Origin: a virus | Virus record (IMG/VR): IMGVR_UViG_3300012117_000002 | Coordinates: 1 to 54,002 of that record | Strand: one strand, 5' to 3' | DNA length: 54,002 nucleotides | In this document: positions 33,170-42,512 of the stretch, piece by piece | How positions within the stretch are numbered: the first letter of the stretch is position 1 | Layout: each line of letters opens with the position of its first letter | Translations under genes and position numbers: made by a program | The notes under the pieces: model-generated | Seen by the model: only the letters and a program-made list of their open reading frames with translations | Told to the model about the DNA's origin: nothing | The model's database searches: none

Positions 33170-33814
33170 TTATTTTATTTTTGCTACGTCAATTCCCGCA
33201 CCCTTTGCGAATGCGGCAAGATTAGGGTCTACCGCCGTGCTGCCGCCTCTACTTCCGTCTTGCTGGAAGATTGACACGCCTACGGGAAGTTGTGGGGCTG
33301 GAGCCGGTGCTGGGGTGCTCTGCGTTGGAATTGGAAAATCCGCTAAAGCTGCATCAAGCGCCTTTTCAAAGTCACCGTCTTTGTCCAGATAGCTTTCGGC
33401 CAGTTTTAAATATTTCGGGGCTTTGTCGGTAGGGATGCCTTTGCTAATCGCCGCTATCTGGCGCTGTAAATCCTGTACCTGTCCGGTAAGTGTCTGGTTT
33501 GTTCCGGTTAGTTCCTGCATGGCCTGCTCTGGGGTCTGCTGCTTGGACTTCCATTCAGCTGTCATTTTATTGATTGAATCAGCATCCATTCCGTTTTGCT
33601 GGAGCATAGATTTAAAAACAGCTTCCATCTTCTTCTCTGCGGCCTCTGTGGCTTTTGCGGCTGCCTGTGATGTAAGTTGTTCGATATCCACCGTTGCCGC
33701 GGTGGCGGGCGTTGTGGCTGCCTGTGTGGGCATGGTGACCGGCGTTGGAGCCGTTGGTGTAGCTGGTACTGCTGGCGTTGCTGGCGTTGCTGATGCCTGT
33801 GCCTGTTCGCTCAT
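33170..33814 (-). CDS. scaffolding protein
   Basis: ATG 33814 follows AAAGGA. The N-terminus is P/T/A-rich and the core is helical. It lies upstream of the capsid gene. Confidence 0.75.
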   Translation of the reverse strand: MSEQAQASATPATPAVPATPTAPTPVTMPTQAATTPATAATVDIEQLTSQAAAKATEAAEKKMEAVFKSMLQQNGMDADSINKMTAEWKSKQQTPEQAMQELTGTNQTLTGQVQDLQRQIAAISKGIPTDKAPKYLKLAESYLDKDGDFEKALDAALADFPIPTQSTPAPAPAPQLPVGVSIFQQDGSRGGSTAVDPNLAAFAKGAGIDVAKIK

Positions 33815-33943
33815 ATTAAATCCTTTCATCCGCTTCGAAAGCGTTACCGTTTATGGGCCGTCGCCCGTATTTTTGCAATAAAAAATGCCACCCACTTCCG
33901 GTCAGGAAATGAATGGCTCTGAATCGGCTCTTGTTATTCAGTT

Positions 33944-34324
33944 TTAATAAATTCTTTCCCTTGCCATGTTCTCAAATCCAGGAGGCAATAAAAACGTCAT
34001 GGTTCCGCGATAAAGTTTTCCGCCGCACATTTCATCATCCTCCACATCAAACGCAATCAAATCGTCATCAAATAGCTTGTCGGCCACTCTTCTGCACATG
34101 TCGCGCTTGATATGCTCAATTGGGACATTATCTCTAAGATCAACAGTAACGGCAACGCTATACCGCTCTCCCCTCGCTTGAATGTTAATTATGGGCTGAC
34201 TAAACCATTGCAAAACTTTTTCATGTGCATTTGATATGGCTTCACATTTGATATGGCGCTCTAAATATTCCTTTTCGGAATATCCACCTAATTTATGTAT
34301 TAACCAATTAATAATTTTTTTCAT
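33944..34324 (-). CDS. hypothetical protein (126 aa)
   Basis: AAAGGAGAG RBS. It belongs to the five-gene insert in the head module. Confidence 0.55.
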   Translation of the reverse strand: MKKIINWLIHKLGGYSEKEYLERHIKCEAISNAHEKVLQWFSQPIINIQARGERYSVAVTVDLRDNVPIEHIKRDMCRRVADKLFDDDLIAFDVEDDEMCGGKLYRGTMTFLLPPGFENMARERIY

Positions 34325-34347
34325 CTTATCGGCTCTCCTTTTGGCTC

Positions 34348-34746
34348 TTATTCTTCTCTTTTACATTGGCAATAGTGACATGCCTCTCTCATTTTGAGAT
34401 CAATAATTCTTAAAAATTCTTCGTTGCTCGGATGCGTTATTTCCAGCACTGACACAAAAATACTGACACCACCAGATACGCAGCGATATTCCATTACATC
34501 TGGCGGTTGCCTTGATTTTGTGATCAATTGACACAGCGGGCATCCATTCCAATATGTTTTCGCTGATTCCGGCACTTGTTCCGGAATCTCTACCGGCCAA
34601 TTATTAACACGGGTATTGTTTTCTATTTTAATTTCTTTCTCGCCCCGACACGATTTGCACCAACAAAAAACGCCTTTACTCTCGGCATCGTCGCTGTATG
34701 TCGCTATTCGTTTCCCGCAGTCGGGACATAGATAATCATGTTTCAT
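34348..34746 (-). CDS. zinc-ribbon protein ending in CHYCQCKREE
   Basis: 132 aa with CPDCG...CWCKSC motifs. ATGA coupling to the upstream ORF. Confidence 0.6.
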   Translation of the reverse strand: MKHDYLCPDCGKRIATYSDDAESKGVFCWCKSCRGEKEIKIENNTRVNNWPVEIPEQVPESAKTYWNGCPLCQLITKSRQPPDVMEYRCVSGGVSIFVSVLEITHPSNEEFLRIIDLKMREACHYCQCKREE

Positions 34747-34910
34747 TCGCTAATTTCCTCCGGGCATAGCGTAAATTCAAAAGCGGCATCCGTGTTGGTT
34801 TCTGTAAGAAAATCAACGTCTGTCATTATTGATTCGCACGATTGTTCGCCGTACATATTTGTCTTGATGCGATCGACCCATCTATTCATTACCTTCTCAA
34901 ATGATTGCAT
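34743..34910 (-). CDS. possible 55-aa acidic protein
   Basis: GAGGGAGG RBS, ATG 34910 and ATGA overlap with the next gene. Confidence 0.45.
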   Translation of the reverse strand: MQSFEKVMNRWVDRIKTNMYGEQSCESIMTDVDFLTETNTDAAFEFTLCPEEISE

Positions 34911-34933
34911 TATTGTTTACCTCCCTCGAATTA

Positions 34934-34955
34934 TGCGCAATGATGAAGCGCAGGG
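34934..34955 (-). repeat. conserved hairpin element abutting a stop codon (copy 1)
   Basis: The plus strand reads tgcgcaatgatgaagcgcaggg. On RNA this gives a GCGC stem with a UUCAUCAUU loop, and it touches stop codon 34956-34958. Confidence 0.6.
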
Positions 34956-35147
34956 CTACTCCTTATTGCAATTACATGCGCCTTCGCACGTTGACACAAG
35001 CGGATTTTTGATTGGCGGACACCACTGATAGGGTTGCTGTGGATAAATATAGCCGTCATCCTCTTCCAGAGTAGTTTCGGTGATTTCATTGATAAGATTT
35101 CCGTCCTTATCGTATTCTTTGGTAATTGTGGTTACTTGTCGTTTCAT
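34956..35147 (-). CDS. hypothetical 63-aa protein ending in CEGACNCNKE
   Basis: AAGGAGAA RBS. Confidence 0.55.
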   Translation of the reverse strand: MKRQVTTITKEYDKDGNLINEITETTLEEDDGYIYPQQPYQWCPPIKNPLVSTCEGACNCNKE

Positions 35148-35168
35148 ATCAATTCTCCTTATTCAAAT

Positions 35169-35192
35169 TGCGCACAATGATGAAGCGCGGGG
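35169..35192 (-). repeat. conserved hairpin element abutting a stop codon (copy 2)
   Basis: The plus strand reads tgcgcacaatgatgaagcgcgggg. It touches stop codon 35193-35195. Confidence 0.6.
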
Positions 35193-35381
35193 TCATTCCT
35201 CGATTTCACATTTGCATTTGCATTCAATTGCATACACGGTGTTTATCAAATACAAATATAACTCTTTCGGGTCAAACTCCAGATTATTGTCCTTCGCCAA
35301 CTCAAAAAGCTTCTTCACATCATCAGCCTTTGGCGTATATGCGTAATTATCCCAGCCACCAATGGGTTCAAGTATTGCCAT
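35193..35381 (-). CDS. hypothetical 62-aa protein ending in CKCKCEIEE
   Basis: RBS GAGGAG upstream of ATG 35381. Confidence 0.55.
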   Translation of the reverse strand: MAILEPIGGWDNYAYTPKADDVKKLFELAKDNNLEFDPKELYLYLINTVYAIECKCKCEIEE

Positions 35382-35437
35382 TATTTACTCCTCACTTTCA
35401 AAATATTTTATTGAACGTATAGCGCCGCGCTGCGGGA

Positions 35438-35905
35438 TCAATTTGCCCCCTTGCTCTGCAAATAAGCCTTGAACGCTTTGTTCCAGCGGGCCGGAATCTG
35501 CTTTTGCACCTGATCAATCCCGACCGTCATCATAAATCTGCCGTTATTCCATCTTCCATCACGGAATCTATGGCCAAACTCAACGAACGAGGCGTAATTC
35601 ATCAAGTTAAATATGGTTATCTCGAATGAATCCCCGACCACTTCCACGCTTTCAATTGTAGCAGCCTGCTCAAATGCGGACGGGGCCTGTTCTTTCGTTC
35701 TACCGACTTGGAGTGCTTGGTTTCCAACCCCCCACGAGTTGCGCAGCGCGCCGGTATCCTCCGGTGTATTTCCTACTATCTTGGCAACTGCCCGCAAAGC
35801 CATCTCCAAGAGAAACTTTCTCAAGAAATCGTCGAAATCATTATAGGCATCCGTCCAATTCTCTAAAAACTTCTCCAACTCTCTGAAATCAGCTTCTTTC
35901 GCCAT
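35438..35905 (-). CDS. HK97 gp10-family protein
   Basis: Motif PEDTGALRNSW...YASFVEFGH. ATG 35905 lies just after the Mu-F gene stop. Confidence 0.65.
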   Translation of the reverse strand: MAKEADFRELEKFLENWTDAYNDFDDFLRKFLLEMALRAVAKIVGNTPEDTGALRNSWGVGNQALQVGRTKEQAPSAFEQAATIESVEVVGDSFEITIFNLMNYASFVEFGHRFRDGRWNNGRFMMTVGIDQVQKQIPARWNKAFKAYLQSKGAN

Positions 35906-35908
35906 CAA

Positions 35909-37171
35909 TCATCCCTGCGCTTTCTTCTTTTCAAGTTCTTCTTTCCACCAGCTGCCGGTCAATTGCTTCCTGTTATCTTTGATGATTTCCCATTTCTTTG
36001 AATCCAGATATTTCAATTCCTGGAACCCAACAATGGTTGTCGGCATTCCCTCAAACAGGCCGGATACAAGTTCGTTGCCGTGCTCTTTCTTAGCGGCCGC
36101 AATGAACCGCTTGTAACTTGCCAGCTGCTCCTTGTCGTTCTCGTAATACTTTTCACGTTTTTGGGTAGATAAAAATTCCTTCCCCTGATCTTCCGTCAAA
36201 CTCGCACGCCATTCTTTGTACGGCATGTCTGCGGGAACGTAATAGTTTTTTCCTGTAACGGGATCACGGGCAATTCTGGTTGCCACATCATCGAACATAG
36301 CGTCAATCTCATCGGGAGGCCAGTACGCGACTGTGGTGCTTCGGCAATTCGGATGTGTGGGCGGGTAAGTTACTCCCACTATCTTTTCCGACAAATTGAA
36401 TATCCTCAAATCAAGGCTCTGACAGATATCCGATGTTCGATTGTCAAGTGTGGCCAAAAACTGATATCGCTCAATACCGGCTTCTTCGTAAGTGTCGTAC
36501 GTTGCGGCATTAGCGATGAAATTTGTTTCCGTCCTCGCCAATCTCTCACCATAAGACCGCCGAACGCCCAGCTGGTCGGCTACATCATTGCCGATAATCC
36601 GGGGATTATTACCAAGCGCAATTCCGCGCGGTATGATCTGCCCCATTGCAATAGTCAGCCGATCCTTGTCCGTCCAAATGCGGTCTGAGTAATTCTCACC
36701 CAACCACTTCTGCGATACAGCTTTTTCTATCGTTTTCGTATCCAGCGAAGAAAATGGAGAACCGAAACCTAATCCTTGTTGGATATTAAAGATCGTCCGA
36801 TAGTATGCATCCTCGTATGCGACGCTTAAGCCCTCTCTGAACGTGTCTTGCTCCTGTGCATACAATTTCTCAACCTGGAATTGTATATCGTCCTGTAGCG
36901 CCTCCAGACGGCTCACCGCGGATTTCAAGGACAGCCGCCGGTGTAGTTTCTGCCGGTAGGCCGGATCGAATGCATATCCCGTCTCCTTGATTGCGTCGTA
37001 GTATTCCTGTGTCTGTTCAAGGTAGGATTTCATCTCTGATTTACTGAGGGCTTGGCGGGCCTCTTCCAATGTCACTCCGGCATCGCGTGAATATTTTCCG
37101 TAAAAGCTTTCAATTTCTTTCTGTATGGCCTTTTGCGCTTCTCTATATGTTTTTGCGAGATCGGCGGTCAT
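35909..37171 (-). CDS. minor head / head morphogenesis protein (SPP1 gp7 / Mu F-like); the true N-terminus probably lies upstream (to ~37267)
   Basis: Motif YPPTHPNCRSTT. The family-typical YW.QRAE helix is encoded in frame at 37222-37228 and further upstream, above the first ATG (37171). Confidence 0.8.
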   Translation of the reverse strand: MTADLAKTYREAQKAIQKEIESFYGKYSRDAGVTLEEARQALSKSEMKSYLEQTQEYYDAIKETGYAFDPAYRQKLHRRLSLKSAVSRLEALQDDIQFQVEKLYAQEQDTFREGLSVAYEDAYYRTIFNIQQGLGFGSPFSSLDTKTIEKAVSQKWLGENYSDRIWTDKDRLTIAMGQIIPRGIALGNNPRIIGNDVADQLGVRRSYGERLARTETNFIANAATYDTYEEAGIERYQFLATLDNRTSDICQSLDLRIFNLSEKIVGVTYPPTHPNCRSTTVAYWPPDEIDAMFDDVATRIARDPVTGKNYYVPADMPYKEWRASLTEDQGKEFLSTQKREKYYENDKEQLASYKRFIAAAKKEHGNELVSGLFEGMPTTIVGFQELKYLDSKKWEIIKDNRKQLTGSWWKEELEKKKAQG

Positions 37172-37289
37172 TTCCTCGGCGGTTTTCTCCGAAGCCAGTA
37201 TAACCCTCTCTGCCCTCTGTGACCAATAGCGTTCCTGTGCTTCTTTTGGTTTGCTAAGTATGGAAATGAAGCATCACCGCCTTTCAAAC

Positions 37290-37529
37290 TTACGCCGCAT
37301 TAAAGCTTGCGCAAATTACACCTTTTTCTATATTCTCCGCAGCTTCTCCGATGTATTTGCATTGGACTGCATCCGGCATATTGCACCACGTGAAGACAGA
37401 GTGCATATTTCTGTTCTCGCCTGCCGGGTGCATCAGTTTTGCTTCTTCTTCGTTTTCTGCGGCCACAACGCAAGAATCGTATGTATCGTAATCGTCATTT
37501 ACGTCCTGCGATAATAGATATAGTTTCAT
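37290..37529 (-). CDS. hypothetical 79-aa protein
   Basis: GGGAGGG lies 8 nt upstream of the ATG. The gene is inserted between the portal and Mu-F genes. Confidence 0.55.
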   Translation of the reverse strand: MKLYLLSQDVNDDYDTYDSCVVAAENEEEAKLMHPAGENRNMHSVFTWCNMPDAVQCKYIGEAAENIEKGVICASFNAA

Positions 37530-37725
37530 TCTCCCTGCCCTCCCGCTCTAACGGTTCAAATCCTATCGAACCGCATATTCTGCATGGCGCGGGATTTTCT
37601 ATCGCGTGTTCATGTTTAACAATATCGCCGCACAAACTACACTTCCATTTCTTCGCCACCCATGGAGGCTGGTTTATTGCGTCCGGGAATCTCCCCATAA
37701 ATCTGATCAAGTCATGCTCATTCAT
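37495..37725 (-). CDS. small zinc-ribbon protein
   Basis: ATG 37725 sits in an ATGAATGA overlap with the portal stop. Cys motifs CSLCG...CRICG. Confidence 0.55.
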   Translation of the reverse strand: MNEHDLIRFMGRFPDAINQPPWVAKKWKCSLCGDIVKHEHAIENPAPCRICGSIGFEPLEREGRENETISIIAGRK

Positions 37726-39283
37726 CGTTATCGCCCTCCCGCGCCAACCTCTCGTTTTCTTCCCGCAGCCTTGCAAGTTCCCGTTCTGTGCTCATGTCGG
37801 ACATGGCGGCCTTGGCCTCACGTTCACGCCGCTGCTGCTCAATCTCGTGCGATTCTGTCGCCGGATTAAAGTTATCAAGCGTCTCCTGAGATACACCGGT
37901 TGCCGCAAGCTTGACCGTATCGTCAATAGCTTCTGATTCGTTCACCATCATATCGCGATTGAGTGTAGCAATCAGTTTATACTGTGACCACTGATCAGCC
38001 GTACCGATGCCACGGAATTCCAACCATATATCAAAGAAATACTTAAGCTGTTGCATAAATACCTCAAATTCGGCCTCCAGTCCATCCGTGTAAGTGTCAA
38101 GTCCCTGGAAACGAAACTTAAGCGCGATTCCCGATGTGTCACTTGATGTATCGCTGTCGGTTGTCATGATCATCTGCGCAGCCTTGCGGATGTTTTTTTC
38201 TATGATCTTCAATGCGGTTTCTGTGGCAATAATCTCCGGGCTGGCCTGCACATAATAAGCCTTACCGCCGGTTCCGATCGCAACAATGCGTGAGTTCTGC
38301 ATAATGGCCCGTTGCGAGATCAGGGTGCCCAGCTCCGGTGAATAACCCTCAAGTGCAAGCACCGGCTCCAGGGCATCCATGATGGAATCCACCATCTTGC
38401 TCTGTAGCTTGTCATAACTGTCTACAAGCTCCCTGATTGGATTAAGCGCCGGTAATTCATCCTCATTGCCCTTGAACGCAATGAACGGGGCTTTCCCCCA
38501 TGATATCCCTATACCTTCTTGGTCCATGTGTGCCGTCGGACCGGGACTGTCCGGGTCTGATATTAATGCGCCTTGTCCCTTGTCGATGTATCGTTCAACG
38601 ATTTCTCTGTCCCAAAACTCAACCTTGTTGACATCCTCACGGTTCCCGTTGATGTAATGGACTTCTATGTAATCCCTAACCATGACATCAAGTATAGTAT
38701 GCTCATTATCCGACCACTCCGGATACATCTGTTCAGATTCCATATGCTGTATGGCGAGATCGCCGGTTTGGTCGATGGAGACATAAGCGAATCCAATGCC
38801 TTTGTTAATGGCTCCCTGTTTGCCTATCCTTCTGATTGTTTTTCTGCGCTCGGAAGTGAGATACTTTGTCCATTCCTCTTGATAGATTGCCGCTTGGGGA
38901 TCTTCGACCGGATTTCCAGCTTCGTCGGTAGTTTCCGGCAGCGGGCTTTCTACGTTGATAGAAAACGGCTTCCCCATAGCGTAATTGCTTTTTTCGGTAA
39001 CACTCTCATTCAAAAACGCTGATGGTATTTTGGCGTTTGATAGGGTTCTGTTCTCACCGTATCCGGGTAAGTCGCGTCGCTTCATGGCTATGGTTGTGTT
39101 CTCGACAAGAAAGTACTTTTCCGCATCAAGCATATCCTTGATAGTCTGTGCATCTTCGCCATTGCGCCACTCGTTGAGGATAATGCGCGTGATATCTTTG
39201 TTTGTCCGGCCGCGTCCGTAGAAGCGAATCCTTGCGTTTATCAAATCTGTTTCGATCAACTCGTCACCCCTTTCGCCCGTCAT
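37718..39283 (-). CDS. portal protein (SPP1 gp6-like)
   Basis: 521 aa, between terL and the Mu-F-like gene. Confidence 0.85.
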   Translation of the reverse strand: MTGERGDELIETDLINARIRFYGRGRTNKDITRIILNEWRNGEDAQTIKDMLDAEKYFLVENTTIAMKRRDLPGYGENRTLSNAKIPSAFLNESVTEKSNYAMGKPFSINVESPLPETTDEAGNPVEDPQAAIYQEEWTKYLTSERRKTIRRIGKQGAINKGIGFAYVSIDQTGDLAIQHMESEQMYPEWSDNEHTILDVMVRDYIEVHYINGNREDVNKVEFWDREIVERYIDKGQGALISDPDSPGPTAHMDQEGIGISWGKAPFIAFKGNEDELPALNPIRELVDSYDKLQSKMVDSIMDALEPVLALEGYSPELGTLISQRAIMQNSRIVAIGTGGKAYYVQASPEIIATETALKIIEKNIRKAAQMIMTTDSDTSSDTSGIALKFRFQGLDTYTDGLEAEFEVFMQQLKYFFDIWLEFRGIGTADQWSQYKLIATLNRDMMVNESEAIDDTVKLAATGVSQETLDNFNPATESHEIEQQRREREAKAAMSDMSTERELARLREENERLAREGDNDE

Positions 39284-39394
39284 TTGTTAATATTTCACAA
39301 AACCAAAAAGTATTTTGCCGTGTTTTTTAATACTGGCACTGGTAATATGCACAATTTTTCTACCTTGCTTTTTGCCATAATTTCCTCGTGTACT

Positions 39395-40588
39395 TTACGC
39401 GCTGTGCCATTGCTTAGCCTTATCCAATATTGTTTTGCAAAAATATCGTGTATCGTCCATATGATGGTCATTTTCTTTCACGGGAACGTCTTCATCTTGA
39501 ATTTTTTCGTTCCATGTGTATAACCCGAACTCCCTTATCGTTTCCCTGCAACAATCGCATATTTTAATTTTTCCAGATTCCAGTAGGCTTCCGGTGAGAC
39601 GGATTCCGTCAAGCACCGAATTATCAGCGGGAATCACCGGTACATATCGTTGCCTTAGCTCTGCGATAAACGAAGTTGCTGATGGATCGACGATCATGGC
39701 CGTTATGGGCAAATCACCAACAAACTTCAAGTAATCATCTGCAAACTGCCTGTCTGTGCGCTGTTTGCTTTGTTCTCGCCCCGAATAGTGGTACTCTTTA
39801 ATCTTATACCAGACCGCATTATAAAGCCCCCACAGCCCGAATGTTGTAGGGTTTTGAGTGCCGTAATCACAGCTTACATAATATCTTGTGTATGCACGCT
39901 GCTCTGATGGGACAACGTTAGTTTTCTCATTGAACATGTCATAGATTCTCCCGGTTGCCTGAACCCAAAGCCCCTTGATGAATCTGTCATGGAAAACACC
40001 GAGATACTCCTTGCTTACTTGATCTATATACTCCTGTGTCAGAGAAGGATTATCTTTCATGTCGAATTTGATATTTTTCAGGCCGAGTTCATCTTTGCGG
40101 TCAAGATAATCCGATTTCACAAAATTCATGGGCGAGTCAGGGTTAGTAGTGCCCAGAAAGCAGGCATTCGGTGTCCTTAAGCTTCCCATGCACCGCACCA
40201 GAAATGGCCGGTTCCACAGTGTTAATTCGTCGCCGTAGATAAACTCTGCCGTGCTCCCCCGTATCTTTGCTTCTGCTGATATGTCATTACATCCCTCAAG
40301 CTCGATGCGTATTCCGCAAATACTGGCCTTCTTCTGGTTTAGGCTATACTTGAAATCCCTCCCGTATTGCAGTGCCAACGGTTCGAGCACATTGCGTTCC
40401 AGCGTTGTCAGAGTGCGTCCAACAAAGAATATAAGCCCTTGGTTAGTGTAATTATTTACAATATGTTCAATGGCTTTGTGATTGCATATGAATGTTTTCC
40501 CGGATGAAATAGCGCCCTCGCATATCGTCATTCGTGGCAATGGGGATATCATGAATTCAGCCTGTTTCCTACTTATCGAAATTATCAC
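39395..40588 (-). CDS. terL: terminase large subunit (PBSX/Terminase_3-like)
   Basis: Walker A GAISSGKT, Walker B IYGDELTLW, and nuclease motifs VDPSATSF and HHMDDTRY. Confidence 0.93.
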   Translation of the reverse strand: MIISISRKQAEFMISPLPRMTICEGAISSGKTFICNHKAIEHIVNNYTNQGLIFFVGRTLTTLERNVLEPLALQYGRDFKYSLNQKKASICGIRIELEGCNDISAEAKIRGSTAEFIYGDELTLWNRPFLVRCMGSLRTPNACFLGTTNPDSPMNFVKSDYLDRKDELGLKNIKFDMKDNPSLTQEYIDQVSKEYLGVFHDRFIKGLWVQATGRIYDMFNEKTNVVPSEQRAYTRYYVSCDYGTQNPTTFGLWGLYNAVWYKIKEYHYSGREQSKQRTDRQFADDYLKFVGDLPITAMIVDPSATSFIAELRQRYVPVIPADNSVLDGIRLTGSLLESGKIKICDCCRETIREFGLYTWNEKIQDEDVPVKENDHHMDDTRYFCKTILDKAKQWHSA

Positions 40589-41150
40589 TCACCACCTTAA
40601 ATGTTTCCCTTAGAGCCTCTAAGCGGGAATTATCTTTATCCTGTTCACGCTCTGCCAGTCCTAAGATATCAGCCAGTTTGTACAGGGCCGTATCCCGGCA
40701 ATAGGTTTTAAACTTGAATTGTCCGTTTGCTCCGATGGATACCTCCGAAACATTTTTTGTCTTTATTTTCCTGCTGTCTTTTAGTTCTACGATTGGTGCG
40801 TATCCTATTATTGGTTCTCCGGTTTCCCGGTCGATCCCTACTTGCGTTTTCTCTGTTCTGAAATCAAGATAATTTGATATATCGTCTTTTGCAATTGAGA
40901 CAATCTCCGCAAGTACTTCTTTCGCTGTGATAATAGTATCGTTTTCGGCTTCCTGAATCAGCCTATCACGTAATTCATTATACCTTGTCCGTACCTTGTC
41001 TATCTTAAACAGTTTACACGCTTTTGCGTCAACCGCTGCATCAGGGGCCTTGCAAGAAGGATATGCAGCGCGGTATGCTTCACGCTGGCTTTTGCCCTCT
41101 ATTAATCCAAGCACAAATTTTTCTTGCTTTTCGGTTAAGTTTTTGGCCAA
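40569..41150 (-). CDS. terS: terminase small subunit (Terminase_2-like)
   Basis: TTG start after GGTGGTGA. The sequence is LTEKQEKFVLGLIEGKSQREAYRAAY. It overlaps terL by 20 nt. Confidence 0.85.
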   Translation of the reverse strand: MAKNLTEKQEKFVLGLIEGKSQREAYRAAYPSCKAPDAAVDAKACKLFKIDKVRTRYNELRDRLIQEAENDTIITAKEVLAEIVSIAKDDISNYLDFRTEKTQVGIDRETGEPIIGYAPIVELKDSRKIKTKNVSEVSIGANGQFKFKTYCRDTALYKLADILGLAEREQDKDNSRLEALRETFKVVSDNFDK

Positions 41151-41469
41151 AGTATTTCACCACCGTTCCGTATTTCAAGCAGCCACTCCTATTAGATGTC
41201 TAAACCATGTAATCAATAAATTATTTGCGCTTGCCTCTTGCGCCGCTTGCCTACCTCATCAGAGGATACCCACCTATTTTTCCCTCGCAAAAAGAGACAC
41301 CTGCCGCGCTAAGCAACAAATGCCTCTTTCAAAGGAGAGTGTCATGAAACAATCGGCGACCGGGCTGTGACACCCGGAAGCCGTATATAAAATTGGAGAG
41401 GAGGACCGGAAATTCGGGAACATTATCAGGGAGTTAATATTGTTCCCAAATATCGATAATACAGTTATA

Positions 41470-41904
41470 TCACATTATGTCGCTCAATTTGAACCCATTT
41501 TTCAAAAGATGCAAATTAAAGTAAAATAATCGGCGATATCCGTTAAAATCCGTCTTCCCCACGGGTATCCGTCCGTATTCGTGATCATATTCAACCATCT
41601 CATACGGTATGTTCTTGGTCACGCTCCTCAATATGTGTCTGTATATGCTTGGGTTTGCACGGATCGCCGCCTCCTCTATCAACTGGCAGTCCCTTCGCAG
41701 TTCCTCGTTTTGGATGGCTGCCCCCTCTGTTTGATTGCTCACGCCGGTCCCCCGCGGCATCCCGTCAAACTTCACGGCGGGGAGGCCGTATTTTATTTTT
41801 TTCTTCTTTTCCTCGTATTGCCGGCAGAATGCTCGAAGTTCATCGTATCTGTCTTTTGAGATACCATAATCATCCCAATTTAGGTCACGTACTCTTTTGT
41901 TCAT
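41470..41904 (-). CDS. putative late-gene transcriptional activator (ArpU/RinA/sigma-like), tentative
   Basis: 144 aa from ATG 41904 (GGAGG plus 8 nt). It is the last gene before a 320-nt non-coding region upstream of terS. Confidence 0.4.
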   Translation of the reverse strand: MNKRVRDLNWDDYGISKDRYDELRAFCRQYEEKKKKIKYGLPAVKFDGMPRGTGVSNQTEGAAIQNEELRRDCQLIEEAAIRANPSIYRHILRSVTKNIPYEMVEYDHEYGRIPVGKTDFNGYRRLFYFNLHLLKNGFKLSDIM

Positions 41905-41909
41905 CGGCA

Positions 41910-42098
41910 TCACCTCCCATCATGCTCTCCGCTCCACGCCCTCTTTTCTGCATCCACCGCAAGCAGTATCGCTGTGTTTGCGCGCTCTTCCGACATCCCG
42001 AAATCTTCTGTCAATATAGCCCTTGTCCCTGCTATCATGGTTGTCAGAGCGAAAAGTATGCTTCTTGGCGTAGATTCTGTCATGTAATTATTCTTCAT
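41910..42098 (-). CDS. hypothetical small protein
   Basis: 62 aa with a GAGGAGGG RBS. Confidence 0.5.
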   Translation of the reverse strand: MKNNYMTESTPRSILFALTTMIAGTRAILTEDFGMSEERANTAILLAVDAEKRAWSGEHDGR

Positions 42099-42261
42099 TA
42101 TCCCTCCTCGTAATCACTTCCCCATACAATCTCCCGCCCAGCCGATACCGCCGATCCGGACATAACTCCGTGAAGCAATACGGCGGCCATGTCTTCACCG
42201 GCGATCTCTCAAGCATGTCCATATATCCGGCCCGGCGGGCGCTTCCGTCTTTCTTATCCAT
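42088..42261 (-). CDS. hypothetical small protein (57 aa)
   Basis: The internal ATG 42261 is preceded by GGAGGAA plus 6 nt. Confidence 0.5.
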   Translation of the reverse strand: MDKKDGSARRAGYMDMLERSPVKTWPPYCFTELCPDRRYRLGGRLYGEVITRRDNEE

Positions 42262-42281
42262 TTTGGGTTCCTCCATCCAGC

Positions 42282-42482
42282 CTAGCATACAATGTTGTTA
42301 TCTAAGATGTACTGCAACCCTTCGGCCATATATCCAGGCTGGCAGTTCAGGGTTACGTATTCTTCAACATCTTCATCCCATATTTTCCGTTCTATTTCTT
42401 TCAGGACTTTCTGGGTCGTTTCAATAGCTTTTCTTTCTTCATCAGTCAACTTTATGTCAATCTTTACATCATGATATACCAT
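42282..42482 (-). CDS. hypothetical small acidic protein (66 aa)
   Basis: ATG 42482 is preceded by AGGAGGA plus 6 nt. Confidence 0.5.
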   Translation of the reverse strand: MVYHDVKIDIKLTDEERKAIETTQKVLKEIERKIWDEDVEEYVTLNCQPGYMAEGLQYILDNNIVC

Positions 42483-42512
42483 TCCGATTCCTCCTATCGT
42501 CAAATTTCATTT

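Noticed and set aside
37274-37276. Stop-codon reassignment (TGA read through) as an explanation for conserved protein sequence upstream of the first start codons of the Mu-F-like and organiser genes.
   Set aside because: TGA clearly functions as a stop throughout the genome, in many ATGA start/stop junctions such as 9098-9101, 10189-10192 and 34743-34746. The frames upstream of these TGAs do not continue as plausible protein.
41151-41469. The 320-nt non-coding region upstream of terS considered as an ncRNA or cos site.
   Set aside because: It contains several short hairpins (for example GGGAACA...TGTTCCC at ~41418-41449) but no repeat structure or conserved motif I can interpret. It is most simply the late promoter and leader downstream of the putative late activator. 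PBSX-type terminases usually package by a headful (pac) mechanism.
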